Source: Podarcis pityusensis (taxonomy: Eukaryota). From it: a stretch of 64,000 nt of DNA. The notes beneath the pieces are model-generated. The model saw only the letters and a list, made by a program, of their open reading frames with translations. It did no database searches and had not been told where the DNA came from. The first letter of the stretch is position 1, and every line of letters begins with the position of its first letter. This document shows, one piece after another, positions 41,801 through 56,800 of this stretch. Location: assembly GCA_964106645.2 (NCBI GenBank), contig OZ067039.1; one strand, 5' to 3'. A program made the translations under genes and the position numbers.

Positions 41801-44800
41801 TTTTGATTCTAAAGCTATCCAAGTAATTATAGATGGACTTTGGAAAAGTATTCCTGTTACTTATAAGGTCAGTTCTGAAAACCAGAAGATGCAGCTATTT
41901 CAGTAGACATTCTTATAAGATGTCCAGTTTCTCATCCAAAAAGAAGAGAAGCAAGGTTCAGCCTGCAGAGTTCTGGCATCCAGCAGTTCCACCATTTATA
42001 AAATGCCATATTAATTTAAGGACTTAGGACTTACTCCCCATGTTAGAATATATAAGCTAGCTGGACACAATCTTTTCACAATAACCTCATCGGTCCTTTC
42101 TCTATGTAGTGGTTCTGCACAACTTTTGTCTTTCAACTTTTTCTCTTTGATAGATTTCACCTTCTTAAGACCTTTATTCTTAGTAAGTTAATTCATCACC
42201 TTCTGGTGACTTTCTTTAATAGTGATATTTTTCATTCAGTGGCTTTCTGAACTGGAATTTCTGTAGATAATAGCTGTTCTTTTCTGGCAGTTCTTCTTGC
42301 ATCTAATAATAAAATCCCTAATTTCAGGCTCATCAGGCAGCTGGTGGTATTGCTTTGAACTTAAGACTATTTTGATAAAGTAGGTTGGGCAAGGGGAGAA
42401 ATAAGTTTTTTCTGCAACAGCCAGCTTCCCAAATATTGTGTTGGGGGTTTTTCTAGACCACCCACTGTAGAGATAAATATATCTTACATTTGACACTGAA
42501 CATCATCAATAATCTGTTTTGAGAATAAACTTGTTATGTAGTCTGTGAAAGGAAGCCTGTTTCTATCATAAAAATTGTGTTGGGTAGTTCTTTTGAAATA
42601 GGAAAGGCTTGTTTTATCCATTTGTCCCCCTCACCTTTACAAACTCCTCATTTAGTATTTAGGCTGCAATCCTGTACCAGCTTACCTAGGAACAAGCCCC
42701 ACTGAAGTCAGAGGTGCTTACTTCTGAGTAGTCTTGTCTAGCATTGCACTGCGAGTGTTCAGTGGTTAATTTTTTTATCATCTTATGTCTCAGATTTATG
42801 AAGGCTTTCTTAGGAGCTGGTATGTTAACAAGCAAGGATCATAACATCTAAAAAAATCTCAAATTCTTTTTGAAAATCTTTTGCTAATATGGGTTTTTCT
42901 AATATGTCATTCTTCTTCTAGACACCTTTTCTTGTGTTGGATATTTACTTTGTTACCTGTTATGGAAGTCCATATGTGCTATGAATGAGGCCATTTGTTG
43001 TTACTGGATTAAATCTTGATTTCCAGTCATTGTAGATAGTGTTTCATTAGTTGGTGGTTATTCTTCATTCTGTATAAAAGAGCAGCCTAAACATAACTCT
43101 GTTGATTAGATTTTGGGGATGTAGTTTGTCATCCCATTCATCTAGATGGGTAATGCTGAAATTTCAGAGAGGATATTTTCTCCTGTGGAGGCTAGGCATT
43201 TGGGCTCAGTTTTGAAGGCTTTATCCTATTTTTCTAAACGATTGAAAATGTTGGACGATTTGCTTGATCTTTGTGTCCTTAAAGCTAATGGCAGTCATTG
43301 GTTATACTGCTCCTTACCCACATTTAATTGCCCCTTAGGCATACTTTGTTGGGTTCACAGGTTGTGTTCAGGGGCTTCAGTGATGGAATTTTCAGATAAG
43401 AAATTGCAGCTTTTATTACAGGCAGGTTGAGGAAAGGAATGTATCTTCTTTAAAGCTCTTCGTTCCAAGATTTTCTCTGTCCAGAATTCAGCTGCCCCCC
43501 AAAAAACAGCTATGGAGGAGATTACCAAAACACATTGTTCAGGTGAAAAGTGGTTTCAGAAGGAGATAAATATACTTGGTGATAAGTATCAATGTGTGCT
43601 TGCGGGCTTCTCTGTTTATAAGGAAGAATGGTTTTAGCATAATGTTAGCTTTCTTTCTGTAGAATTTGTGGTTGGCTACTTTATTCAAGGTGAAGCTGCC
43701 TGGTTTGTCCTGCAGCTATATGTAAATTAGGCATAAAGCTTTGCGGAAAACTGCTGCCAGTGTGCCCACCACCAGGTTAGAGTTTATTCACACTTTATTG
43801 CACCGTCTTGTGCCTTCTCCTGTCACCTTGGCTAGATAAGGAGCAGAGTTCTTTATGTGTGTTCTAAAAGTTACTTTATGTGCTAACATTGTGGTTAAAA
43901 TGATGTTACATACATGTAATTGTAATATGTCTGTATTGGTCCTATAATTTTAACTTGATAAATTTAAGACTAGTTACTCTGACTTGATGTTTTTATGGTG
44001 TGTCTAGGTCCTTGCCAAAGCTTGAATTAAATCTCCTGAATTAGCAGTTACCTCATATGCCACATGTATATAAAGGCAACAACTTACTTGCGCATGTTTG
44101 TGCACATGCACATCAAATTGACCTGGAAGTGGCTGGAAAAGGAGGCATAATGGGGCAGAGTGGGCTTATGTGTGCTCCACCATCGTGCACTGTAACCTGG
44201 CACGCAACCCTCACACAAATCGAGGGTTGCCTGTAATTCTTTCTTCTGTGTAGTATAGATTGATAGAGATTCTCATTTTGTGTTTTGTAAACAGTCTAGT
44301 ACTTCATTTTCATAGTTTCACCATAGAATAGCAACATAGCAACAACTTCCACAGTGGGAAGGTTCACCTGAGTCCTATGATAGATCAGTATTGTTACAAC
44401 TCGCTCTTCCATTTCCCCTTCCTTTTTTTCTACCTCTGGCTTGGCTTGGGTTCTTCTGATTTGGATGGATTAGGGTCAAATTTTTCCCTACATTGATTGT
44501 AGATTATTCTGAAAGTTTGTAGAGGTGGTAGATATACAGTCTTCCATGCACATGAGTCTGTTGCTTAATTCTAGGTAAACTATACAGTAAGATACAGAAT
44601 GCACAATAACATCTGTAGACCCTAGGGGCTGTTCTGGTACTGTGGTGATTTACATTTGACTCACAACTGTTGCAGCCCTGGTTGGGTATTTATATCATCT
44701 ATGGAGCCCTGTTAATGAGTCCTGGAGGCTGCTAGAGTGAACCACGTTGAGACTAGAAATATTTCATGTTCCTTGGTGCTTTGCTCCCATATTGTAAAAG

Positions 44801-47800
44801 ATCAGACATAAGAGTTTCTGCTTCCCAAAGGCACAACTGGGAGATACAACACTTTGCCAGAACAGCAGCAGGTATGCTTCTTCCCTGATGCAGTGCAGCT
44901 GTATTTGTTGCACAGTGGCTGCAGAGAGTGAGTGGGGAAAGCATGTACATACATGGCTTTCTTGAAAGTAAAAGGCCAGGTAAGAGTTTTTTCCAAGCTG
45001 GTTCTGCCCTGTTTACTGAGGTTTAGCTGCTTCAGCTAAAGCAGATTGGTAAGCTCTGGCATTCATTGGGGTGGAATCTACACACAGGTGAAAAACGTTG
45101 TGAAAATGCTTTTTCTAAAATCGTTTTGAAAAATGCATGGAATTTGCTATAGCTCAGTCGGCATCTAGTGTCACAATTGTATATTGCACTTTACAACACA
45201 TTCAAAACATTTTGTTTGCAGCTGTATAGCTAAGTCCTCCAGATCTCTAGATTGTATTTGTTTGCAAGAAGTGAGATACAAACAGATACTTTCAAGCTGA
45301 CCATCACCTTGTTACATTTCATCAGAAAGAATTCTGCTTAATTCGTGAACCCCAATAGTTCACAGTTCCTGCTAAGTCTTTTACACGGCACTTTTCTTGC
45401 TATACACTATAAAACTGACAGCATTGAGGGGAAGTGAATATGGCTGGAGAGCTCAAAAGGGGTTTGCAAGTGATCCAGATCAACATCTTTACTACGTTCA
45501 TAAGTCATTAGTTTCTCTTTGAATACAGAATTGTTGAGGCCATCCAGGTTACATAGATGAATTGCATGTAGAGGAATAAGTTACTGCAGTTGGAGCATGG
45601 CTTCCTAAGATAGGCACTAAGATCCAAAGTGCACACTTCAACTTGATGAAGTTGAACCAAAGTTCTTGATTCTGAAGGCTGCAGCATGGACAGATTCTCA
45701 AATGGATGGCATTGCGTTAAATCTTCAGGTCTTAAAAAAACAAAATAAAATCAGAGCAAGGGAGATTTGGCCGTAATTAAATCATTTCTGCTGGAACATG
45801 ACTTTAATCCCGAAGTACCTAATGATTCTGTGCATCTAGAATAGAAGAGGAAGTACTAGACTGGCAAGTTCCCCCTAAGCTTTCTTCTTCAGAGTACCTT
45901 TGTTGAACAGCCCCAGAATATTTTAAAACTCTAGCTGGAGAACTGCCCCCCCATGTCCTTTTCATGCAGCTTCAAACTTCCCCTCAAGGGTTGGGGCAGG
46001 CACCTTCCAACTCAAGTTTTTCTTTTTCCTTGACGAAGGTTCAGGATTTAGAAAAGTAAAATCTATGCAGAGAAAATTAATTCCAGTACATTTTTTTTTG
46101 ACAAGAATTATAGAATTATTATATTTGAGTAAAGACTGTCTCCATGCCAACCATTACAGTTCGCTATATTTCACAATAGAGATCGCCGGAATGATTATCA
46201 GATATGGTGAGCTCATCTCCACTGTCTTAGACAAGGTTCCTTATCATTTTACTCTTCCGAAGGATGCTTTCATATACACGTTGCTTTAGGAACAGTGGTA
46301 CAACCCTCGCAGTTGCCTAAGGCATTATTTATCCTGTGTATCTCACCTTAGATCCTTGAAGAAGATGCCTTAAGGACTTCGTTTCTTTTGCTTTTTTGAA
46401 TTTCTAGGAAGGGTCATTGTATCCACCCCCCCCCATTCCTATTGGAAAGATCAGAATAATTTACTTTCTCTCTTCTTACTTGTGAGCCTCTGGTTGGATT
46501 TTCCTTTTTTGTGGGGGGCGGGAATCCTAAGAAGCAGATCAGAGAAGCAGCATGGCAGATCTCTGTGTCCCCCTCTCTGTCTCTCCTTAATTAGCAGAGG
46601 ACTCAAGGAGATTTTGATGCATCCCTTTTCCTAACAGTCTTGACTTGACCGTTGGTTTTTTATGTATGCAAACATACTGAATCTTCCTCCCCTGTTTGTC
46701 CTGCCCCTGCAAAGGGGTAGGTTTAGTTAGTGTTAGAAGAGGAGATTTCTTACCTGGAAATATTTGTGAGAGATTCGGATCCAGAAACTTCCTTGTTCCT
46801 CACACAATCACAGAGTGGACAGTGAAAGCTAGCTTCTAGCTCTTCCAGTTTCTTAGGGAAGAATTCAGTTCACTCCAATCTAAATAAGTAGGGTAATAGT
46901 TACTTCTCCTGATTGGTGGATCCAAGACACAAGCACTAGTTTTCAGGTAAGAAATTTACCTTTATCAAAACAATATGATGAAGCAATGTAGTGGTAAACA
47001 ATGTAGCAAATTGTGACAAAGAAGGCCAGTGGCACTAATTAGTTGATTTTAGCTAGCAATTTTATTGCAGGTATGTAGTTCATAGGACAAAAGGAAATAC
47101 TGCATCTGAAATTAAGGCTGGCATGCTATTCCTAAATGGTCTTGCTTGGAGGTAAGCCCCATTTATTTCCGAGGGATTTACTCTCAAGTAAGGTGGCAGC
47201 GGATTATAGCCTTCCATGGCTTTCATGCATTAGTATTAAAAAGGCTTTAAATGAACTGCCACACACTTTGCTTTTTTTCCTTTTTCCAAAAAGAGAGGTA
47301 TAGACTAGCCCTTAACAAGGAACTGAAATGTGCTCATTTTGTATATAAAAGGCAGTCTGTCTTTTCAGTTACTATGTGTGTATGTGTTATTGTGTCATGT
47401 GATAACAGCACTGTGTTTTCCTGTCATTTTTACAACTCTTTCCTGGCTGAAGTGATACACAAGCAACAATGGGTAGTAATCACATTGCCCCGTTCACTTT
47501 CAAAAGGAGAGAAGCGGAGATGATCGTGAAACTTTCCAGCAGGCTACAGTAAGCGTAACTGTCTGTTAGCCCCATTGTCAGATATTTTCATAACAGAAAA
47601 AGCAAAAGAAAGAAAAAGGCATGAACACCAATATAGATCCTTGCAGAAATTTGTCATATTATGAGTGAATTAATATATATATATTTAAATTAATTATTAA
47701 ATACTTTCAACATATATTTCATTATTATTGTTTAAAGCTTATTGCTGCATTTGTATTAGCAATTCCCAATGTTCTGTCCCAGCTGACTGTCATTGGCTCT

Positions 47801-50800
47801 AGAAAGACAGTGTATTTTTTTAAAAGAGTACTGGTATTCAGAGGGTAACGCAGTGTTAGTTTACAAAAATCTCTCCTTTTAAAACCATAAATATTTAATT
47901 CTCAAGCATGGTTGACCATAATGGATGGAGTTGATGCAGGTGTTATAAGGTTGTTGCATATTGCCTCCAAAAAGCCTTCACTGATAGAACAGCTCTAAAA
48001 CCTGTGAATCAAGTCGTCTTTTGTGAAGTATTATTTCATTTTTGTAGCTGCCATACTTCCAACACCTATTGATCTGTAAAACAGCCCCCCCCAACAATTA
48101 ATGGACCAGTGAAAATGAAACGTATGCTTTTGGTGAAGTAAGCCTGAGGCACAATTGAGGTAGAATCTACACACTTATAAAAACCGTTCTGGAAACGCTT
48201 TTTTAAAAGTGTTTTTTAAAAAAATACATTGAATTTTCCATAAGGCTCACCATCACCAACTAGTGTCACATTGTATATTGCACTTAAAACACACTTAAAA
48301 TGTTTTATTTGCAGCTGTATAGATGAGTCCCAAGGCAACTGAAGAGTTGCCGTCCATTGCACGGGTGTTGGATTTTGTTCTGAATCTTCTTAATTCATAA
48401 GTAATTCATATTGGCTTTGAGTACTTCTAAAACATTTTAACATAACATTATAGCAAGTCGTGGAGGATACGGAAACATTCTGAGAAAATCAAGTATTTTC
48501 ATCAATTTGGCGCAGTTCATCAGGTCCAAATTTCTGAGTCAGGCAATGCAGTACATTTCTGGGTAACTAAAATGGTGTGACCTTAAAGCTACTCGCCCAA
48601 ACAATGCAAATAACTGTGCTAGTTCCATGTTTACCCTTCCAGGAGAATAAAGAGTCTTCTCTAAGGTCCCCTGCCTCATACTCACTGACAAGAAATAGTT
48701 AAACTTGTAATTTAGGAAATTAAACCAATCCTCATATAAAGGAAATTGTATTTTTATACCATATTTTAGATCGGACTTAAAACTCCATAAAAAGTTATAA
48801 TAAGAGAATCTATTTCCTTAAAATATTTTTTGCTGAATGTGAAATTGTAACTTAGTGGTTTGGGGTAGCAGACTGCAGGCCTCTGGGGACTACTTTGTTA
48901 TTTTCCTTAGACCCCATGAACTGGAGACAGGTATAAAAGACATAAACTTATAATTGAAGTGTGTTAAGCCCAGGAATTTGCCTTTAAGTTTTGGAACTGA
49001 AAAGAGCCTCTAGTGCTTCCTTACAAAAATATACTTTGTCATACATCATCCCCCCCCCCCCAGCTTGGTTTCCACAGGGATCATTTTGTTGCAACAGTTG
49101 CAACAGTTGAAAGCCAGTCTTCGTCAATCTACTTCACATCACCCAGGGATCTGTCAGTAGATTCCAATTTAACTACTCTGCTATCCCAAACAGATTATTG
49201 GACTCATCATGTTCAAATCACTGATTTTGTTAAGTCATCCCATAGATATGGAATCAGGCACATCACTGGCTCTGCTCCCTGGGCATCCATGCATAAGATT
49301 ATTCTCTGCAGAGATTGGGGTCTCATGCCATGACTATGATGCTTTGCCTTGAAAAGTGGCAATGCTTACAGGATGCGTTTACATCGTTTGATATATTTCT
49401 TTGTTGTGATGAAGAGGGACAGGCAATTTTGTCCCAAAGCTTTTCTGCTTCAGTTTTTAGGCATCTGCAGCAGTATGGATGTCATTTACCAGCACATCTG
49501 TAATACCTCTTGTGCCAGTGCTGGAAAATCTGGGCAAAGCAAACAAGAATGATCAAGCAGGATTCAAGAGTGCATATTGTCTTGCCAGGGCAGCAATATT
49601 ACTAGATGCCTTGCCTCTTGGGAAAGAAATACTGTCTCTGATTGTTGGCTGTTGATGGTCTCACTCCTGTGAAATTATTTCTGTGTCCTTTCAGTTGCTG
49701 GTAGTTCGTTCATTTTTTTTTGTCATACTGTAAAATGTGGCAAATGATTTTACTAGTGTAAGCACTTACAGGTGTTGCAATAATGGCTTTCAAGCTCCAT
49801 AGCACTCCTTCTCATGGTAAATCTGCCCCCTTAGCATGAAGGCCTTTTAAAATGTTCTTTTGCCATAGATTTGACTAATTGTTCCATTGTCTGTTGCAAA
49901 GTGTACTGTTATAACCACAGCACGTACACTTATTTTCTGTAGACCTGGAAAGAATTAAAACTGGTTTCTTTTGTTAATCTATAAATTCTGAGAACTGTTG
50001 TAGTGAGAATTGCCCTCCATCCAGTTGGCTTTCCAAACCCTTAAGAGCAAGGTAGTGCTATGTTATCTTCCTGTACTAGAATATTGCTTTGTAGCCTTGC
50101 AGTGTGCTGCTGTTAAGGTTTTACTACTCCGCAGAGATCCTGGGCTCATAGATCTCTCATTCACAAGGACCCCTTCTACATAATGCCCTGATTGGTGACA
50201 ATCAGGAAGCATTAACGTATGATATTTTTGATAAGGGGATTTAGAGCTATTGTGGTATTACCATAAAAACAGCTCTTTCCCCCAGTACTATTAGTCTGTG
50301 TGGAACAGTAGTGATCAGAACTGGGATCCCACGGGCAATGTGTGATTGGCAACACTGATCACCTGCAGGTGCATTTGTACAGAAGTCCTCTGTGCATAAT
50401 TGCCCTGTCAGTATTTCTTATTGAGTCACAGTTTGTTAAAGCTTTATCAACCTTGGAACAAGAATGCTAAAGTTTGGGGTTTTAGCTGGAGCTGTATACC
50501 TGTCCCAAACCTTTGAGTTCTGTTTCAGCAGCTGTCTAGCAACTTGTATGCCTTCTAGATTGGCCTTATTAACTAGCATATGGTTCTCATTCTACAAGAA
50601 ACAGGTATATCCTTGTAAATTCCCCAAATCTGATGGCTTACTCTAGCAGAAGGTAAGATGAAAAAAATGAAATACTCCCCTCCAGAGAGTCAGAAACGTT
50701 AAAAACAATAAAACAAACAGGCAATATGCCTATAGAAAAAGAACAGTCTGCTGTGAACCAGCAGCTGCACTAATCAACTAATTTTGTCTGAATTAGGTTT

Positions 50801-53800
50801 AAATTCCTTTAGCTCCATGCAATGCATTACCAGCCTCAGTCACTGATTCTGTTAGGACTGAAATGGAAATGAGAGATGGGAGAGGTGTTCAGGTTCTTGT
50901 CTGAACATGTAAGCACCAAATTGTGTAGGGATTCTGGGTCCAGTGTACAAGCCCTGCCCCCAACTTCATCATGCACACTTCCCTCATTCAGTCCCTGACC
51001 TTCTCTTGTGTAGGGAAGGTCTGTGTAGGAATTCTCCTCATGTGAATGCAAGTACAACTCTCTTCGTGATCAATCATGTACAAGTGAATGTGGGTAGAAT
51101 TCCTATAGAAGATGGGAAGGTTTGGAGACTGAGCAGGGAAGAGACGTGTGCAGTGACATTGAGGGTCAAGCTTGCATGCATGCTTCTGTCCCTCTACGTG
51201 GTTTGGTACTTTTGTACTCATCCCTATACACAGTTGGAGTTGGGTGTTATCAACTCCTGATGACATAGCACTCCAAAAACACCGAATAATCTTGTGCAGT
51301 GGTTTCTCGTAGATGTCAGACACCATGAGGCGCAGAATTGAACTTTTCTCCCTTGTTGGATATTCTTCAGTAATGTTAATTTAAATTTGATATGTATATT
51401 TTAAACACTGTTGTGCACCACCCTAAAATGATGTTAAGAGTGGTACAGAAATGTGTTGTATATATATTAAGCTCTGCTTTCCTGCAGCTTTCCTAGCAAA
51501 AGGACAGTACATATTGAAAATGAGGATTTGTTCTGGTGTTACTTAAATACAGTAACCTTAAATGGATTTGTGTTGATGTGTAGTGACATTGACTTAAACC
51601 TTCGCTGTGGACAGAACCCTGATTTACTTTTGTATGCTTTGGTTTATAATTGTATTTTGAGTGCTACTATGGCTTCTCTCTCCTTTCTCCTCCTTATCAA
51701 AACCAAAAGCTTCTGGTAGCTAAATTAATTTCTTAGTATTTAAATTTTAATATTTGGTTGTATGAAAAGGAAAATGGAAGTAGTTTGCACACACAACTAA
51801 ATTAGGCAGATCTTCTAAGCATCCAAATGATCCTTTCACCTAGGTATCTGAAGGGTTGATTAATGATAGAATCAGAAACGGTATCTGCCTTTGACTTTAA
51901 GATAAAAATATTGGAATTCCACGGAAACCTGTTAGATATTGTTTTATTCATTACTTAACCTAGAGGGAGGCGGGGTCCTAGCTGAGCAGCTCAGGCTTGT
52001 GACAGTTTGGCCGCATCTATCCCAAGGTTATCAGGGTGGGGACAAGCCATTTGAATTCTTTGACATGTCACTGATGTTCGAGTCCTGGGAATCTTGTCTT
52101 AGCAAGATGGTGAGCTATGCTCTTGTTATATGTGTGTTATTTTGGGGTATTTAAGTAACTAGCCATAATGCGCCCCCCCCCTAAATTAGTCATACTATGA
52201 TGATGTCAATATTATTTGTATGAATTTTCAGTATCCTAGGAGTAGCAGACTTAGGGAGCAGTGTATCTTTTTGTAAACAGGTTCTGGATGTTCAGCCTTG
52301 TAGCTGCAGAAGACAATTAGCAGGACATCAGTTTACTTTTTTGTAGGATCTGGGGGTGTCTGTTTCCCTATAGGTTGTTTTTTCTCAGATTTATTTAAAA
52401 GCACGAGTATTTCATATTACCAGTATCCCACAATGTGCTAGAAGATTGGGAGCAATTAATGCCCAACACCTGTGTAATGTGATTTCTAAGACAAATTGCT
52501 TTATCTTTAGCAGGTGCAAATGGCAAAGCTTACAATTGAATTTCTATTTATTCTTTTTTGTTTTAGCTTCTCTCAGCTTCTAAATTCTTTTCTTTTCCTT
52601 TTTCATTCATTAACATTTTGTAGAAAGGTCTTGTAGGTGGTTTATTTATGACACAGACAGGAATTCAGAGATGCTGATAGATTATTTTTTTGCTCGGTAT
52701 TATGTTGCCTCTATATTTATCTTGTATAGCTGAATCTATATTAAAGATGACATACCAAGATCAGGGGATGATGGAGAAAGGGAGAGAGATACTTCATCAT
52801 CTTCAGAAATTGGTGTTCTTACGTAATGCCAAGCCTTTGTATTGCACTGTTCTGTATTTCCTCTTTTGTGGCAAACTGCAGTTGTAAGCCATGATCAAAC
52901 CATGGTTTGCATTTCAGATTGCAGACAAACTTTGGTTTGCACAAACTATGTTTTTGCCTATTTGGATGTAACTGCAAACTGGTTTGCCACAAAAGAGGAT
53001 GTGTAACAGTGTGCAAGGGGAGGAAGGTGTGTACATGCCCAAGGCTCTGTTTGAATTGAGCCAGTGTCTAGGAACTAAAAAGCTTTAGATCAAGCCTTTT
53101 TGCTATCTAATATTCTTTCATTGGTTTTAGAGGGTCTTTCTTGAATTCATGTTTGGACTTATTCCAAAACTAGTATTGCAGTGATTTTGTTGAGTTTGCT
53201 AAGTAATTTGATTAATTTCCCATAATTTTACATGAGTGATTACTTCTGAAGTATTCTCTGCTCTTACCATAATCACAGTTTGTGATAAATGTACAAATTT
53301 CCACATTAAATTTTCAGCTATCAGGTTTGACAAGTTCCTTGGTTCAGGGCTGAGAGGAAGGGCTTTAAAACTATGAAGCACTTCTAAAATTGCAGCTGAG
53401 GAGCCCAGAGTTTAACAGTCCAATCCTAAACATGCTTAATAATAATAATAATCCTACTGAATTCTTTGAGACCTTCCTCTTACAAAGTAAGCTTCATTTT
53501 CAAACATTTGACAGTGATGGGTAGAAGATACTGGAGACTTTCACATTTGTCTTGAGATGAACACTGTTCATATTGGAAGACAAAAATAGAAAAACTGTAT
53601 TTCTTCATGCAGAACCACTTGTCAGCAAGAAAAGAAACCTAACACAGCTGTGGAAGTCTGTTCGACCCAATGTAAAAAATATCCTTTATTACTGACGCAA
53701 AATTCTGCACACTTCTTCTAGCCTTAAAATATGCACCAGCGGCTTTGTGGCTTTTTGACTAATCTTCTTTTACTTCAAAAATACACTGACAGAATATTGG

Positions 53801-56800
53801 CTCTGCATGTATTTTTGGAGTTAACATGATCCCTTCATTTTTTCTGTTTTCTATTAATATTTATAAACCTTTCTCGGAAACCCAACAGCCACAGGTATGG
53901 GTTTTCTTTATGGTGTTATCAATGCAGGCAATAAAAGGAGAAAGACAATCACCAGCCTAAACTTAACTCTAGAAGAATGTAGTTGCTTTATGTTACGTAG
54001 CATAACTAATATTATCCTTCTGCATTTCATAGGAATATAATACAGTTTTATGCAGGAATTTATAAACAACCACAGAAATAGACATACCAGTTATTGTAAT
54101 ATAAGAGACAGATGGTCTTGATTAATAGCTAAAAAAAATCTAGTTGCTTTAGGTGCAATTGTTATAGTATCCTGCCCTGTTACCTCCATCTAGATTAGAT
54201 CCTTCATGGAAAGTATATTATTGCATTAGCTTTATGTTCACTACTCTGTATAAATGCATTTAATCAGTGCTGTAAGAGAGAGAAATTTTTCAATTGATAT
54301 AAAATGTGGCAAAATTCCTTCCCAATTTTTTTTTGGCAGAGAGAGACTGAGAACACACAGCATTGAATCATCAGGAAAATTGAAGATTTCCCCTGAACAA
54401 CATTGGGATTTTACTGCGGAGGACTTGAAAGATCTTGGAGAAATTGGACGAGGCGCTTATGGTTCTGTCAACAAAATGGTCCACAAACCAAGTGGGCAAA
54501 TTATGGCTGTTAAAGTAGGTGATGCCCGTAATTATTCTTGTACTTTCCAACTGCAGGGGCAATATATAGTGGATAATTTAATATCCATCCATCTTGCGCT
54601 CAGCAGTTGTTTGCTTTCCCCCGCTATCTGTATATTTCGCCTTGTAGTTTAGTGTTATTAAATACTTAACTGGTTTGTAAAATTATGGGTTATAAAATTT
54701 AAGGAGAACATCTGTCAGCTTGCCAGCTGCACGCGTTGCTGCACTTAGTAGAAAAACACTCCCGGCAGCCAGCCATAAATTCCTTTCTTTATTTTCTTCA
54801 GACAAGATTACATGCCGAATAAACAAAGTGACCCGTCTCTCATGATGCGTTGCTCTAACTACTTTCTCTTTTCCCTCTCCCTCGAGACCAACAGAGCCAA
54901 CGGCTCAGCCCCTTCCGTTTTCCCCTGTGACGTGGATCCCCTTCTCTCTGAAGCACCCTTTCCTCCCCAGACTCACTGTCCTCTTCTCTGTCTTCTGAGG
55001 AGGACTCAGTACTGATCAGTGGGGATCGTTCCCTGTACCCTATAATTCTTTCTTCCCTCGCAGCCTGCAGTTCCCTGACATCCACCCCCTCCTCAAAGGC
55101 CCCCCTCACCTCCCTTTCCTGAGATGAAGCCTCCCCCGATGCATTTTCCTCATGCTTCTTGGGGTAAAATCCTAGGAAACTCTCCTCCTCCTCCTCTTCG
55201 GTATCATCAAAAATGTTACCCCAACCTCTAACACCTGATGGACCCGGACGCTCTTCACTCACTCCTCCTCCCCCTTGTGTTTCCTCTTGGTCCGAGGCTG
55301 AGAACCCTTCAAAATCCTCTTCATCGTCCGTCGGCCCAAACGCCCTCTCAGCGAACCTCCCTGCGGGTTGTGGCTTATGTGGAAATAGCTCATGGAAGTC
55401 CTCCACTAAACCCTCCTCCGTGACCCAATCTGACGGCACCCATGTGTTATCCGAACTGGGAGCCCCCTCCCAAGCTACCAGGTACTCAAGCTGATTACCC
55501 TTCCAACACGAGTCCAATATTTTCTCTATCCGGTGTCCCCCCTCCCTTTCCTCGACTTCTGGCGGTGGCACCTCCCCTTCCCTTCTGCCCGGCCGGTAAG
55601 CCGACAATAGCGACCGGTGGAACACGGGATGAATTTTCATGCTCTCTGGCAGCCTCAACTTAAAGGCCACCGGGTTGAATTGCTGTATGATTTCAAAGGG
55701 ACCCACCCTCCTGGGTTTGAGTTTCTTACAACCCCCTTTCCAAGGCAAGCCTTGCGTTGATAACCACACCTTATCCCCCACCCGGAGGGTTTCCCCTTCC
55801 CTCCGATGCTTGTCTGCTTGCCTCTTGTATACCTCCTTGGCCCTTTCCAAGTTCAACTTCAGTTGTTGTTGAATTGCTTCCATTTCCTCCGCGAACTGTT
55901 CAGCGGCTGGCACACTCCACGATTCCTCCCCCCTCCCCGGGAAAGCCCTAGGATGGCACCCGTGATTTGCAAAAAACGGAGTCATCCCTGTGGACACATT
56001 CTCGGAGTTGTTGTACGCAAACACCGCCAGCGCTAATTTGTCCACCCAATCGTTCTGCCTCTCCCCCACATAACAACGCAGGTACTGCTGTAATACTGCA
56101 TTGACCCTTTCCGCCTGCCCATTGCTTTCGGGATGTCTGGCGGTGGTGAAACTTACCTCCACTTGCAACAAACTCATGAGTTTGCGCCAGAACCTTGAGG
56201 TAAATTGTGTCCCCCTATCTGAAATGACCCTCGAAGGGACCCCATGCAACTTAAACACGTGCTCCACAAACAATTTGGCTGTCTCCTCCGCAGTTACCGC
56301 ATGAGAACACGCCACAAAATGGCACATTTTGGTGAGTAGATCCACTACCACCAACACCGCCGTTTTCCCCCTGGACCGGGGCAGGTCAGTGATGAAGTCT
56401 ACTGATACCACCTCCCATGGCCTCCCTGGTGTTGGCAGAGGCTCCATTAACCCTGCCGGAGCTGCCCTCTCCCCTTTGGCTCTCTGACAGGTCTCACACC
56501 CTCGCACATATTCCTTCACATCTTCCCGCACCTTAGGCCACCAAAATTCCCTGGTGACCAACAACATGGTCTTATGTTGCCCAAAGTGTCCTGCCGTCGA
56601 GCTGTCATGCAGTTGTCGGAGGATTCGGGCCCGGAGAGCTTCCCCTGGTACATACAAAGCCCCTCGATAAAACAGTAGCCCCCCTTTTTCCTCGAAACCT
56701 CCCTCAGCCCCTCTCCCTTGCCCAAGTTCATCCAACTTTCCTCTGGCAAAAGCATCGTCCCGCATCAAGTGTAGTAGTTCGTCATCCTTCACCAATGTTG

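Noticed and set aside
50972-51151. Imperfect long inverted repeat as a possible structured RNA
   Set aside because: Highly degenerate arms; most consistent with an old MITE
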